Assembly (NCBI RefSeq): GCF_001194135.2
Contig: NC_068984.1
Span: 194,415-258,414, forward strand
Reading direction: 5' to 3'
Length of the DNA stretch: 64,000 nt
Origin: Octopus bimaculoides
Taxonomy: Eukaryota
The notes under the pieces are model-generated. The model saw only the letters and a list, made by a program, of their open reading frames with translations. It was not told the origin of the DNA and searched no databases. A program made the translations under genes and the position numbers. Position 1 is the stretch's first letter, and the number at the start of each line of letters is the position of its first letter. Positions 48,504 through 60,740 of the stretch are shown piece after piece.

Positions 48504-50740
48504 TGAAGGGCATTGCCCATGAACTTGTAACAAATGAACTGTAGACAAGAACCTTCACTGTGGGCTAGCTATTGAAGTTGTCCACAGGGAGAAGGGACTT
48601 TCGGGTTGGTGGAAAATGAGGTAATTTTTCAGATTAACACCCACACGATCTTCACTAGGGTGTTAGGGTTAGGGTCTTAGGGTTAGTTTTAGGGTTACGG
48701 TTACGTGGGCAACATCTATTTAACCCTTTCGTTACTAATTTTTTGGTTCATAAGACTAACCCGGCCATAGCCGGCCGAGCGTACCCATTGTTATTTAAAT
48801 GTATATTTGAACCCAAATTTCGTTAGTACATTCGTTCAAACACCTGATTTCACTTTGCAAACAGTTGAGTTATTGTCTCCCACATTGTTTGGCGTGATAT
48901 TTGAACTCAGTGAATTTTGGAAGATTTTTTTTCCACATTTTTTGCGGCGTTGATTTTTTTCAACTTTGAAGATGGAGAGGAGTTTCATGCTATCAAGCAG
49001 TGATTCCGAATTTGAAGGTTTTTCAACAGAAGATATGGAGATATCGAAGAAAAGAATGAATGAGCTACAAAAGCACGTGGTGAACGATAATGAATCGGAT
49101 ATTTCTGGATCCGAAACCGAAATCAGCGATTCTGAANNNNNNNNNNNNNNNNNNNNNNNNNNNNNNNNNNNNNNNNNNNNNNNNNNNNNNNNNNNNNNNN
49201 NNNNNNNNNNNNNNNNNNNNNNNNNNNNNNNNNNNNNNNNNNNNNNNNNNNNNNNNNNNNNNNNNNNNNNNNNNNNNNNNNNNNNNNNNNNNNNNNNNNN
49301 NNNNNNNNNNNNNNNNNNNNNNNNNNNNNNNNNNNNNNNNNNNNNNNNNNNNNNNNNNNNNNNNNNNNNNNNNNNNNNNNNNNNNNNNNNNNNNNNNNNN
49401 NNNNNNNNNNNNNNNNNNNNNNNNNNNNNNNNNNNNNNNNNNNNNNNNNNNNNNNNNNNNNNNNNNNNNNNNNNNNNNNNNNNNNNNNNNNNNNNNNNNN
49501 NNNNNNNNNNNNNNNNNNNNNNNNNNNNNNNNNNNNNNNNNNNNNNNNNNNNNNNNNNNNNNNNNNNNNNNNNNNNNNNNNNNNNNNNNNNNNNNNNNNN
49601 NNNNNNNNNNNNNNNNNNNNNNNNNNNNAGTACGTGGAGAACTTTCAGACAAAAATTATGCAATAGAATTAAGAACCCTTTATTTAATTATGTTCCAAAT
49701 ATCACATTAATATGTTGATAAATAAAAAAGTTACAGGTGTTTAATGAGACTAGTCTAAATTCATGATTATTTTAGAATTTAATTGAAACTCATGAGGGGT
49801 GTATTTTGGCCAGAAATATATTAACGAAAGGGTTAAGGAAGTGTAATGAGCAATCTGTTCTCTTCTCTCGTGTTGGTGCTCACGTTGGACAACACTGCAA
49901 ACTAGCAGCTCACATCGGATTCTTAACCCGCTCTAACTTTACCCGTTATCTCTAGAGGTAATGTACCTCTTGTGAACGGAGCTAACGAACTATGCACTGA
50001 CATACAGATGGTCATCGGGAGCAAACCCCATGAAAGGAGAACCAAGTAAACAACCATTGAATTGCATCCGCTTGTAAGCCTCTTCTTCTTTGAGTTCCAG
50101 AATCCTAAAACAGCAAAAAAATAATTGTGATGGGAGAAGGAGATACTGCACAGGTATCAGGAACCTTCTGGTCCCATTATCTTGTGCAACAGCGTGGGTC
50201 ACTTTCGTCCTACTCCCATGTCAACGCATGGTACATCTAGGTCATCCGTACTAAATAACCTCCACAAGGTGAAATTTGTGTTTGTTTCTTGTGGCGCACA
50301 ACAAAAACCCCTTCAACCATCCCATGATGGAGCATACAAAGTGATTCATTCAGGAGACAAGTTATTTCAACTCCTGATTGGCGAATGACACAACACAGTT
50401 TCCATTGATAGATCAAAACCAGTCCATCTCAGTAGCTCAACCACCAAACAGAGGCTGTCCCGGGCAAGTTGCACCAACCTCTGTAAACAGGAGAGTTAAG
50501 TAATTACATGCAGAGGTGAGGTGGTAAAAACACCTTCTCGGTTCTAATGACAGTCAACAGTTCTGATGGGGAGCTATGTAGGGCATTGCCCATCAACTCA
50601 TAAGAGACGAACTATAGACAAAGACGTTCACTGTGGATGAGCTATCGAGCAGGTCCACAGAGAAATGGGACTTCTGGTTAGGTGGAAAATGAGACTCCGG
50701 TTTAGATGGCCGATCATACTCTTCCTCACAGAGTAGATCA
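48504..50740 (+). mobile_element. Internally deleted Gypsy element (two LTR copies, integrase C-terminus), interrupted by piggyBac
   Basis: LTR start TG(A/T)AGGGCATTGCCCAT at 48504 and 50577, same family as 34246. FVFVSCGAQQKPLQPSHDGAYKVI..TVSIDRSKP is the GPY/F integrase tail; purine-rich ATGGGGAG precedes the 3' LTR. Confidence 0.75.
48724..49832 (+). mobile_element. piggyBac element, non-autonomous or deleted
   Basis: TTAA|CCCTTTCGTTA ... TAACGAAAGGG|TTAA with perfect 11-bp TIRs and TSD; acidic N-terminal peptide SSDSEFEGFSTED..DNESDISGSETEISDSE; gap at 49137-49628. Confidence 0.88.
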
Positions 50741-50742
50741 TT

Positions 50743-50900
50743 CATCATCATCATCATCATCGTTTAACGTCCGCTTTCCATGCTAGCATGGGTTGGATGA
50801 TTTGATTGAGGACTGGTGAAACCGGATGGCAACACCAGGCTCCAATCTAATTTGGCAGAGTTTCTACAGCTGGATGCCCTTCCTAATGCCAACCACTCAG
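50743..50900 (-). mobile_element. RTE-tailed short element
   Basis: (CAT)n tail plus family core. Confidence 0.85.
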
Positions 50901-51183
50901 AGAATAAATGGTACTTTGATAGACTCTTATTTGTGATTATTATTATGTATAGCTTAACAAAGCTATACTTTTTTCTCCCACCAAAATGTCTCAAAATATC
51001 ACCATGGGTCCTATCTGTTACTTGCTTTAATGCATTAAAACCATTTTTCTTGAATATGTGTTGCTGAACTTGGAATATGTCTAATATGCCTCTGTGTTTT
51101 ATTAATGTCCTCAAATATCGTAGTTTTTAATTCTACAAATATTTAATTCTATTTATTGTTCCTTGTTTTCTTTGTTGTTGCAG

Positions 51184-51291
51184 TTAAAGCTAACAGACGT
51201 AGTCCATCACATGTATGGAATGGTAAAGAAAGAAATCTCACCTAAAGTAACTCACCTGGTTGCTAATTGTTGTGGAAATGATAAATACCGT
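51184..51291 (+). CDS. ECT2: ECT2 coding exon 6 (BRCT1; phase 0-0, 108 nt)
   Basis: Acceptor tttgttgttgcag and donor CGT|GTATGT. Encodes LKLTDVVHHMYGMVKKEISPKVTHLVANCCGNDKYR. Confidence 0.95.
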
Positions 51292-52246
51292 GTATGTATT
51301 GAATCCCATTTTACCTCTTTTACATTCTACTTGTTTCTGTCATTGGACTGTGGCCATGCTGGGACACTGCCTCAAAAGGTTTCATCTCACAAATCAACCC
51401 CTGTAGTTTTCTAAAGCTTGATACTTATTCAATTTATTTCTTTTGCTGGACAAGTTATGTGGGACATAGACAAACCAATACCGGTTGTCAAGTGGTGGGA
51501 GGGGGGCACAAACAAAAATGCAAAGGCACACACACACACACACATGCACACACGACATTGGTTGGCTGAGGGATATAGTGAATGGTGTCAGACAGTAGGA
51601 CTGAACTCAAAAGCATTTCATTGCAAAGCACAGCTATACCTGCTTTTTAAATGCCAAGCCTGATGCTGCTCCTTTTCTTGTTGAGTACCTGAGTATATCT
51701 GTTATTAGGAATGTAAAAGTTATATCTAAAAAAGCTCTGGCAATGGAATGCTTGCCTTCACACAAATTGTGATATATTCTTTTTTTTTTTGTTTATGTCA
51801 CATTTGGTGGACAACATCATTGATTACAAATATTTCATCGTTATCAGTTATCATTATTATTAAGGTTGCAAGCTGGCAGAATTGTTAACATAGAACCAGT
51901 TAAACACTGGGAGTTGATGTAATTGCTTAGCTTTTCCCACCCCAAATATCTGATCTTGTACCTATAGGAGAAAGGATTATTATTATTGTTTTAACCAGTT
52001 ACAAAACAAATGAAACTTTTACATTGATTTATGTTCTTCATTTATTTCTCATGTTTCTTTCTTTGTTTTATTTTTTGAACTTGGCTAAGACAGACGTATT
52101 GTTGAAATATTATGCATAAACAAAGTTAAGTTGCGTTTATTACATCTCACATTCTTCTAATTGCATATTTACCTTCATGAACAGTTATGTTCGTCCTCAT
52201 ATATTCTTCTTTCTTCTTGTCAGCTGACTGAATCATTGGCATTCTT

Positions 52247-52283
<37 letters not shown>

Positions 52284-52449
52284 GTTCTGAGTTCAAATTC
52301 CATCAAGGTCAGCTTGGCTTCCCATCCTTTCACATTTGACAAAATAAGCAGCGATTAAGCGCTGGGCTTTGGGTTATTTACTGATACCTCCCCTCAGAAT
52401 TGCTAACATTTTGTCAAAATTTGAAACCATTGTTATTGTTATTTATCTT

Positions 52450-52925
52450 CTAAGACCTGTTGAGGCAAGTGAAATTGAAATCGAACTAAATTCGATGACT
52501 GGCACCCATGCCAACGTCGTCTCCTTCATTGGACACGAAACTCAGCTTGCGAAGACTTATTGGGGCAAGCGAAAGCGAAATCGGGATGGCACCTGTGCCC
52601 AGCGTCGCCTTTATGGCACTTGTGCCTGTGACATGTGTAAGGATTTTTGAGCGAGATCGTTGCCAGTGCCCCTGGACTGGCTCTTGTGCGGGTGGCACAT
52701 AAAATACACCATTTTGAACGTGGCCGTTGCCTTTGTGCGGATGACATGTAAAAGCACCCACTACACTCTCTGAGTGGTTGGCGTTAGGAAGGGCATCCAG
52801 CTGTAGAAACTACCAAATCAGATTGGAGCCTGGTGTAGCCATCTGGTTTCACCAGTCCTCAGTCAAACCGTCCAACCCATGCTAGCATGGAAAGTGGACG
52901 TTAAACGATGATGATGATGATGATG
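52450..52925 (+). mobile_element. RTE-tailed short element with tandem units
   Basis: Units, family core and (GAT)n tail. Confidence 0.85.
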
Positions 52926-53073
52926 TCCCTCATGGGACACAAAGCCACAATGGATAAAGTATGACTGAAATATCAAGGGTCCTTTTCAAAGATGGCTGAT
53001 ATTAGGTTTCTATACTTAGAAAGTTCCTCTCTTAGATGTAGGCAAAAATCCTGTGAAAGACCAACCAGTTGTC

Positions 53074-53074
53074 T

Positions 53075-53105
<31 letters not shown>

Positions 53106-53106
53106 A

Positions 53107-53137
<31 letters not shown>

Positions 53138-53143
53138 CTCTCT

Positions 53144-53183
<40 letters not shown>
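53074..53183. repeat. (CT)n compound microsatellite
   Basis: Direct sequence. Confidence 0.95.
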
Positions 53184-53186
<3 letters not shown>

Positions 53187-54799
53187 ATCAATGATGTCCA
53201 ATGAACAAAAAAAAGACTGCTGTAGACTGGCACCAGAATGGTTGCAGGCATTGTCGTCAGAACACAAAATCCCAGAGAAGATTTTGCAAGCTATCTTGTC
53301 TCACCCTGCATCAGTTCCACCAATCCATCACTCTGGATTGGCCCACTTTTTTTTTTAAAGTTAGCCTAAAATGATAAAATGCAAAGTTGACCTTGGTTGA
53401 GTTTGAATTTGAATGTGCAGAGAGTTGCTACAACTGCTGCAGGACATTTCTTCTGATTTTCTAATGGCTCAGCTAGCAATTTTGCATCTTCATGACAGAA
53501 ATAAAACTGGGTACGCTAAATAGAAGGGACAGTCGAAGGGGGTCAAAAACAACACTCCCCTTTGACTCTCTCTAAAAGTCTTCTCTGCAAAGTCCCTGTT
53601 CTAGTTTTCAGTAGAACATGAAGTAGTAGTCACATCAGAGATAAGTGTTCAAGGCAACAGGGTGTAGCAAGACATGAGTAAATTTCTTAATAAACATCAA
53701 GGTAGTTAGATCCAGGAGTTGGCTGCAAATCTAAAACATCCAATGAGTTTTGTAGTGGTTGTGAGGTGAAGTAGAGATCCCTTGGTTGTATGAATGCTGT
53801 TTTCTGATCGGCATTAATTCAGCAACGTCTTTGTTGTCTGGATGAACAACGGATGTGTTTACATCTCGATGTCTTCTCAGGAACTGATTATTGCCTTTCA
53901 AACCTTGCGCTTCACTGCTGGGTCATGTGTTTCTTTCTGCGGCCAGCAGTGATTGGATGTTTTGGGCATAGCATGACTGTGCTATGTCAACACAGCAAAA
54001 TAGTGCTCACCCGTCTTGCTACTGACCTACTCCAGTGTCTGCTTTGGCATGGTTTCTACAGCTGGATGTACTTCCTAGCACCTACCCCACTACCGATTGT
54101 TCTGGATGCTTTCTTCATGCCACCAGTACTAGTGAGGTTGCCATACAGTCTGAAAGAATATAAACCCTAATGGGGCAGGGTGACTTTATGCTAGAAGATA
54201 AGGGATTCAAGTATGAGTGAAGGAGCCAGTGCAGATTACTCGTTGTAGAGGACCCTTATCTTTGGAAGAAAAGGTGAGAATGATCAGGTGAAGTTGGAAA
54301 GAGATAGTGGTGATGAGGTTCTGGGTAGCCCCTCAAGGTGAGTAGAAGTGAATGGTGACAGAGGAACAATGAGTATGGGAGAGTGAGGTGACTCGCCTCT
54401 TGTTAAATTTACCACATGACACGATGTCCTCTGTTTTTCTTTTTTAAAAGTGATATTTGAAGAAGGTAGTGGTTTATTTTTATGGTGAGATGAAGTAGCC
54501 ATACCTCATTCCTACTCATCTTTGTCTACCATTCCACCTGTTTTACGGTAGTGACCAGACAGAAAAATAAGAAAAGAAAAAAACGTAGCAAATGTAAACA
54601 AAACCTGTCTGTTGTTTGATAAGGAAAGCTGTAGGTTGATCTTAAAAATAGATTCTATTGACAGCAAGTTCTGTCCTAAATGTGATACCAGCTTTTTACA
54701 TAAATCAGATGCATGTGATTTGCAGATTAAAGAACAAAAGACGAGGTTTTGGTCTAATATGAAATACTGCCGAGTATCTGTGAAGAGCATATAAATAAA

Positions 54800-54835
<36 letters not shown>

Positions 54836-55515
54836 TTGAATTATCTGATTTTTTTCTACTTATTTATTCTAAGTTTGTCATTAAATAATTTTTTTGATGA
54901 GGCATATAAATAATAATGATGATGATGATGATGATGATGATAATAAAGCAATCTTGTATTTCTAGGCTGTAAATTATTTCAGAATAGACAATTCGATTAA
55001 TTAACAACGATGATGATGATGATGATGATAATCACAGTTATCATCATCAAAATATGCAGCAATGTATTTTTATACTGTTTTAGTTTTGTTTTTAATCTAA
55101 CGACTACAAACATCAATCAGTTAATACCAGAATAGCCATGATGTTAAAATGTCTATATTACATTATTTTGTTAAAAACTATTTTATCTTGGTACAGCATA
55201 GATCAGCATAAATTGCTATTATTATTAGAATTATTATCATAATGCCAGTAGATAGCAGAATTGGTACAGTGCTGAATAAAATACGTCATAGCATTTCTTG
55301 GTGTGTTTTTATGATGCCAAGTTGATGTTGAGGCTCTTTATGGCATTGATAAAATAACTACAAGTCAAGTGTTGGAATTAATATAACTATGTTCTTCTTT
55401 AAGATGTTTGACTCTTGTACTGCTATAGGAATCGTTCCTTATAATGGAACCACAAGGCAGAATGGTAATATTTATGTCTACTTAAATGTGGATGTTCTAT
55501 TATAACAAACTTTAC

Positions 55516-55837
55516 TGTGGTAGTTTCCATGGCAGAAACTCTCACGTTGGCTTTTTGGTGCAAGAGGCACTCTTGTTTATATAGCTTGTGGGGAGATAAA
55601 TCCCCACTAGCTCCAGTGCCGAGACCACCACCACATCACATGATTTTGACTTTGTTTGGTCTTGTCAATGATGGACACTCAGCTGCTAGAGACAGCAATA
55701 GTTTGTCTCCTTGTTAGTGATATATAGAGGGACAGTGCTAGAACAAGCACTGGAGGTAGCAAGGATTTATCTCCCCGCTTGTGTGCATTTTCTACCAAAA
55801 AGCCAATGTGAGAGTTTCTCTCATGGCAATTAGCACA
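55516..55837. mobile_element. Foldback/MITE-like element with TG..CA ends and long interrupted TIRs
   Basis: ccatggcagaaactctcacgttggctttttggt / accaaaaagccaatgtgagagtttctctcatgg; ggggagataaatcc / ggatttatctcccc; ctccagtgc / gcactggag. Confidence 0.7.
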
Positions 55838-56599
55838 AGAACATCCAAGTGGGGATAGATATTACATCTCAGTATCAATACTGCCTCTGTTTGCTAATAT
55901 ACAAGGCAGAATGTTTGTGAAGTTAAAGGCACTAGATTATTGAATCCCATCTGATCTAGTCTATTGCAGCTTGTGTTCCATTCACACGTAACAAGAAGAA
56001 AACTTTTCACACTCCTACCTCAACAAACCACACACACACACACCCTACCCTGAAAAACCAAATTACATCTCTTCCTCACATCTCTTTCATGCTCTATGCT
56101 TTCCTCTCACTCCTCAATCCTGTCCTCATGGCCATGTTCATTGTATCATTGCTATCCGGTAGCCCCCCCCCCCATCCCCNNNNNNNNNNNNNNNNNNNNN
56201 NNNNNNNNNNNNNNNNNNNNNNNNNNNNNNNNNNNNNNNNNNNNNNNNNNNNNNNNNNNNNNNNNNNNNNNNNNNNNNNNNNNNNNNNNNNNNNNNNNNN
56301 NNNNNNNNNNNNNNNNNNNNNNNNNNNNNNNNNNNNNNNNNNNNNNNNNNNNNNNNNNNNNNNNNNNNNNNNNNNNNNNNNNNNNNNNNNNNNNGCCCTC
56401 TCTCTTTTATTTGATCATCTCGTTTATATTCTGATCCCCTCGTTTATATTCTGAGTATGCCCTGGCACTTACCACCATCTCTCTCCTGCCCTCTCTCTTT
56501 TATTTGATCATCTCGTTTATATTCTGATCCCCTCGTTTATATTCTGAGTATGCCTGGCACTCTGCCACCATCTCTCTCTCCTGCTCTCTTGCACACACA

Positions 56600-56630
<31 letters not shown>

Positions 56631-57422
56631 CTCTCCTTCTGCTCTTCCCTCTGCCTGGGTAACCATGTATCTCCTTTACAGCAACACACCTGTTTCTGTC
56701 CTCATTCTTGATCACTCTCTCTCTCTCTCTCTCTCTCTGGCCAGGTAACCATATACCTCCTCCACAGCAAGACACCTGTTTCTGTCTCACCATAACCTTT
56801 TCATCATTTGACACAAGATCACCTCCTCCAATGCCCCGTCCCCTCCCCTCTCGAAGGATCTTTGTCTTGCAAGTTACTTGGTGACCCTGCCAGTCAGTGC
56901 TGATGCCACTTAAAAAAAATCCAGTCCTCACTGTAAAGTGGATGGTATTTGGAAGGGCATCCAGCTGTAAAAACCTTGCCAACACTGACCTCACCTGTGC
57001 TTGTGTCACATAAATAGCACTCAGTCCACTCCACTGGGTGGTTGGCGTTAGGAAGGGTATTCATCTGTTAAAACTCTACCAAGATAGACACAGAACTCTG
57101 GTGCAGGCTCCTGCCCTTGCCAGCTCCTGTCAAACTGTCTAACCCATACCAGCATGGAAGGTAGATGTTAAATGATGATGATATTCAGTGATTGGCAGTA
57201 AGAAGGGCCATCCATTTTATATATAAACATTTGATAGGGGCACTGGTTTTATCCAGTGTCAGTGAAAAACCAAAGATGTTAGTTTCACATTGATCATCAT
57301 CATCATCATCATCATCATCGTTTAACGTCCGCTTTCCATGCTAGCATGGGTTGGACGATTTGACTGAGGACTGGTGAAACCGGATGGCAACACCAGGCTC
57401 CAGTCTGATTGATGGATGTGGG

Positions 57423-57888
57423 TATAAATTACTTAAGTAATAGAAAGAAGAAAATGGAGAAACTGACATATAGACACCAGTTTATTTGAATATAATTAAT
57501 TCTGTACAGTATTAACTTCCTTGCTCCTACAGCTGTTTCCATGTCCAATTAATTCAATTTGAGAAATTAAATCAATTTAAATTTTGGGTATTTCTTCAGG
57601 GGAAGAATTCGATGAAAAAGGAGCTACACTTAATGTGTTGGGTGACCCTTGATTGACTCAGATATGTGCGTTTTAGCAACCAATACATCGGTTGCTAAAG
57701 AAATACCCAATTAATGATATTCAATATGAAAATTTTAATTAATTTAATTTCTCAAATTGAATTAATTGGGCATGGAAACAGCTTTAGGAGCAAGGAATTT
57801 GATATTGTACAGAATTGAATATGTTGAAATAAATTGATGTCTATATGTCAGTTTCTCCATTTTCTTCTTCTAGTACTTAAATAATATA
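57423..57888. mobile_element. Inverted pair of probable Penelope-type pseudo-LTR fragments, each with a hammerhead-like motif
   Basis: Arms 57423-57599 and 57695-57888 are reverse complements. The left arm (- strand) has CUGAAGA..GAAACAGCUGUA; the right arm has CUAAAGA..GAAACAGCUUUA. Confidence 0.65.
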
Positions 57889-58310
57889 TCATCATCATCA
57901 TCATCATCATCGTTTAGCATCCGCTTTCCATGCTAGTATGGGTTGGACGATTTGACTGAGGACTGGTGAGCCAGAAGGCTGCACCAGAAGGCTGCACCAG
58001 AAGGCTGCACCAGGCTCCAATCTGATCTGGCAAAGTTTCTATAGCTGGATGCCCTTCCTAACGCCAACCGAGAGAGTAGTGGGTACTTTTACGTGCCACT
58101 GGCACAAGGACCAGTCAGGCAGTACTGGCAACGACCACGCTCTAAAGGTGTTTTTTTACATGCCACCTGAATGGGAGCCAGTTCGGCGGCACTAGCAATG
58201 ACCACGCTTGAATGTTGTCTTTCACGTGCCACCGGCACATGTGCCAGTATGGCGATGCTGGTAACGAGCATGCTCGAATGGTGCTTTTTACGTGCCACCG
58301 GCACAGGATA
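57889..58310 (-). mobile_element. RTE-tailed short element with units and an internal 13-bp triplication
   Basis: (CAT)n tail; CCAGAAGGCTGCA x3 at about 57970-58010. Confidence 0.85.
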
Positions 58311-58996
58311 TATATACATATATATATAGTTCAGAAAAAATGAACTAAGAGAAATAAATCAATGTGGTCAATAGTACATATTTAAAGACGAGTGCAGGTA
58401 TATCAAATACCATACAACATAAAGTTTTGATATGGCAAGCAGGACCAGCTCCACTTGAGAAGAGAGATGATTTCAAGCGTCAAAAATTCTTCAAAATTGG
58501 CATGCCATTAAAGAAAATGTTGTGGACCTGTGTTTCTGGTTCAATTGCTGCAATCAGCATGGCAGTTTTTTGATGTTATCTCCAGTAACCATGAGGCTTA
58601 GACTTAAACAAAACAAAGAACACATTTATGGTCTAAGTAATTTGCCTAATTTAAACAAGAATGAGCTAAGTAGCCATATGTATGTATGTGTGTGTGTGTG
58701 TGTGTGTGTAAGTGTAATTATTTAATGAGAGGCTGCAGTTGTTGAGAAAAAAAAAAAGATCCTTGCAGAACAACATCCTGGTTTGTATAAAAGATATCTG
58801 CTGAAAACTTTGTCTTGGAATGTGTCAACTGTATCAGTTGACAGAGGTCAGCTTCATTCCTAGTCATGGTAAAACCAGTTATAACATATGCATGTGTGTG
58901 TGTGTGTGTGTGTTTATAGATGTGGAATTGGAGAGTATTTTGTTTTTGATATGTCCTAAAAAGATATTAATGAGTTCCTTTTACAATCTGATGTAG

Positions 58997-59098
58997 TTTT
59001 CTGTCAACTATGGTATACCTATTATGAAAGTAGATTGGATTATGGAGGTTTGGGAACACCGTGACAATATTGTTAGCCGTGCTGATCAAGAACTATTT
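58997..59098 (+). CDS. ECT2: ECT2 coding exon 7 (BRCT1 end; phase 0-0, 102 nt)
   Basis: Acceptor atgtag and donor TTT|GTAAGT. FSVNYGIPIMKVDWIMEVWEHRDNIVSRADQELF contains the BRCT W-x3-W motif. Confidence 0.93.
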
Positions 59099-60640
59099 GT
59101 AAGTATAAAAACATATTGTCTGAATTCGTTTTTATAACCTAATTCTAGCTTAATTACTTTCAACTTCATTTGCTGTTTACTATGTCAATGCTAAAGCTTG
59201 CAAGAAATGAATATTTTCTAAGTAGTTATGACCTTTTTTTTCTTTTCTTTGTACCTCTAGATATGTTTATTTGTGGGTATGTGTGTGTGTGTGGGTATAT
59301 ATATATATATTTGTATGTATGAACTACCTTTTATCTCTTTGTTCATCTGTGTTTGAAGATCATCATCATTTAATATCCACTTCTCCATGTTTCCATGGGT
59401 CACATGGAATTTGAGGCAGATTTTCTATGGCCTCATGCCTTTTATGTTGCCAGCCCTCACCTGCTTGCGGGTAAGGTAATATTTCTCTGTGTGTTCTTTT
59501 GGCATAACAAGGGCGTGCACGTCCACACATGGACACACAAATCATCATCATCATCATCATCGTCAATTTTTCCATGCTCATATGGGTGAGATGTGCCTGT
59601 TTCCAAGTAAGGTAATATTTCTCCATGATCAGACACACTTTCATGGGGCACTACTTGCATGATGGTGACACATGGTTTAGAATCATCACACAGTCAAGGC
59701 ACGGAGACAGTACTAAATACATTCATGCACTTGCACACATACACACACACGTTTGGCTTCTTTTAGCCTTTGTCTCTGAAATTTACTCACAAGTCCTAGG
59801 GCTATAATAGGACAAAGTTACCCAAGGTGCCACACAGTGGGATTGAACTTGAGATCACATAGTTAGGCAACTTCCCTGTATGTGTGTGTACCTGTATATT
59901 TGTATGCATGTGTGTGCATGTCACCACCACCACCACCACCACCATTTTACATCTGTTTTTCAAAGCTGGCATGGTTGTTTCAGTTATCAAGTTTCAGGAG
60001 GGATGGAGACCACAGATCACTTACATGTTCCAATTTTGACAGGGTTTCTACAACTAGATGCCCTTCTTATCGCTAACCACTTTACAGGTCTTACTGAGCG
60101 TATTTGATTGTGGCACCAGCATAAGAGAGGTTGTCATGTCCTTGGCAAAACTAAACAAGTCCTCTCTATTATTTGTCACCTTTGTTTGTTTTCAATGACA
60201 GTGATGGAAAATAATGTGAGTTTAATGATAGAGGAGGGAGTAACATAGAAGGACCAAATTGATAGGAGTGAGAGGAGGATAGAACAAGAGAAAGAGATGG
60301 ATGCCACCAACAATGATTGATAGAAGAGGCGGGTAGTGTGAGAGAGAGAAAGAGATAGCATTGAAGATGTAGTGATGGTTAGAGAGTGGGAACTTTGGAT
60401 TTGAATAATGAGTGATAGCATAAGAAATTATTGGTGCAAGAAAGACTGATGACTTTCAATAAAAAAAGGTGGTGGCGAGGGGATAGACAGTTGGCTAGTT
60501 TTTTTCAGATTGCAGAGTTTCACCTAAGTTCATTGTGACTTTATACTTTGTTAAATTTAATTTTGCTTTATCTAGTTACTTCATTTATTATTTTTTTTCT
60601 ATTTTATTACTACTTTTTTTTTTTGTTTTCTCTATTTCAG

Positions 60641-60740
60641 ATGAGTTTTCGTTTGAAACCTTTCGAATTTTGTTATTTGAGTTTCTTTGGATTTAAAGAT
60701 GAAGACCAGAAACAAATGGAGAAACTCACTTCAGAAAATG
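60641..60740 (+). CDS. ECT2: ECT2 coding exon 8 (BRCT2 start; phase 0-1, 100 nt)
   Basis: Long polypyrimidine tract ending tttcag; donor G|GTACTG. MSFRLKPFEFCYLSFFGFKDEDQKQMEKLTSENG versus human FKVPPFQDCILSFLGFSDEEKTNMEEMTEMQG. Confidence 0.93.

Larger units (their letters stand above)
1345..60740 (+). other. ECT2: ECT2/pebble orthologue, 5' part of the gene (8 coding exons; 3' incomplete)
   Basis: Spliced translation: MAENMNSGISFDTSATPNRQLNAKTLSTRSILKPDLVIKFVVVGESCQKNEQLQKSLQYFSHPVIYSDTGQDIPAKSPDFEYIFILDNFENEVFRQLYCEKKRIFGPPVLITCARDNLPLPKYGRPLYCFFMSGLVLCITGIKRKEKMLKLTDVVHHMYGMVKKEISPKVTHLVANCCGNDKYRFSVNYGIPIMKVDWIMEVWEHRDNIVSRADQELFMSFRLKPFEFCYLSFFGFKDEDQKQMEKLTSENG. It is colinear with human ECT2 as I recall it (SPEFENVF, RVIGPPVV, PLP..RPLYC, SKVTHLVANC, PIMKPEW, LSFLGF). 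Phases are consistent across all introns. Confidence 0.95.

Noticed and set aside
54512-54794. Overlapping ORFs on both strands (possible nested gene exon)
   Set aside because: No recognisable homology, a weak donor site, and no partner exons found.
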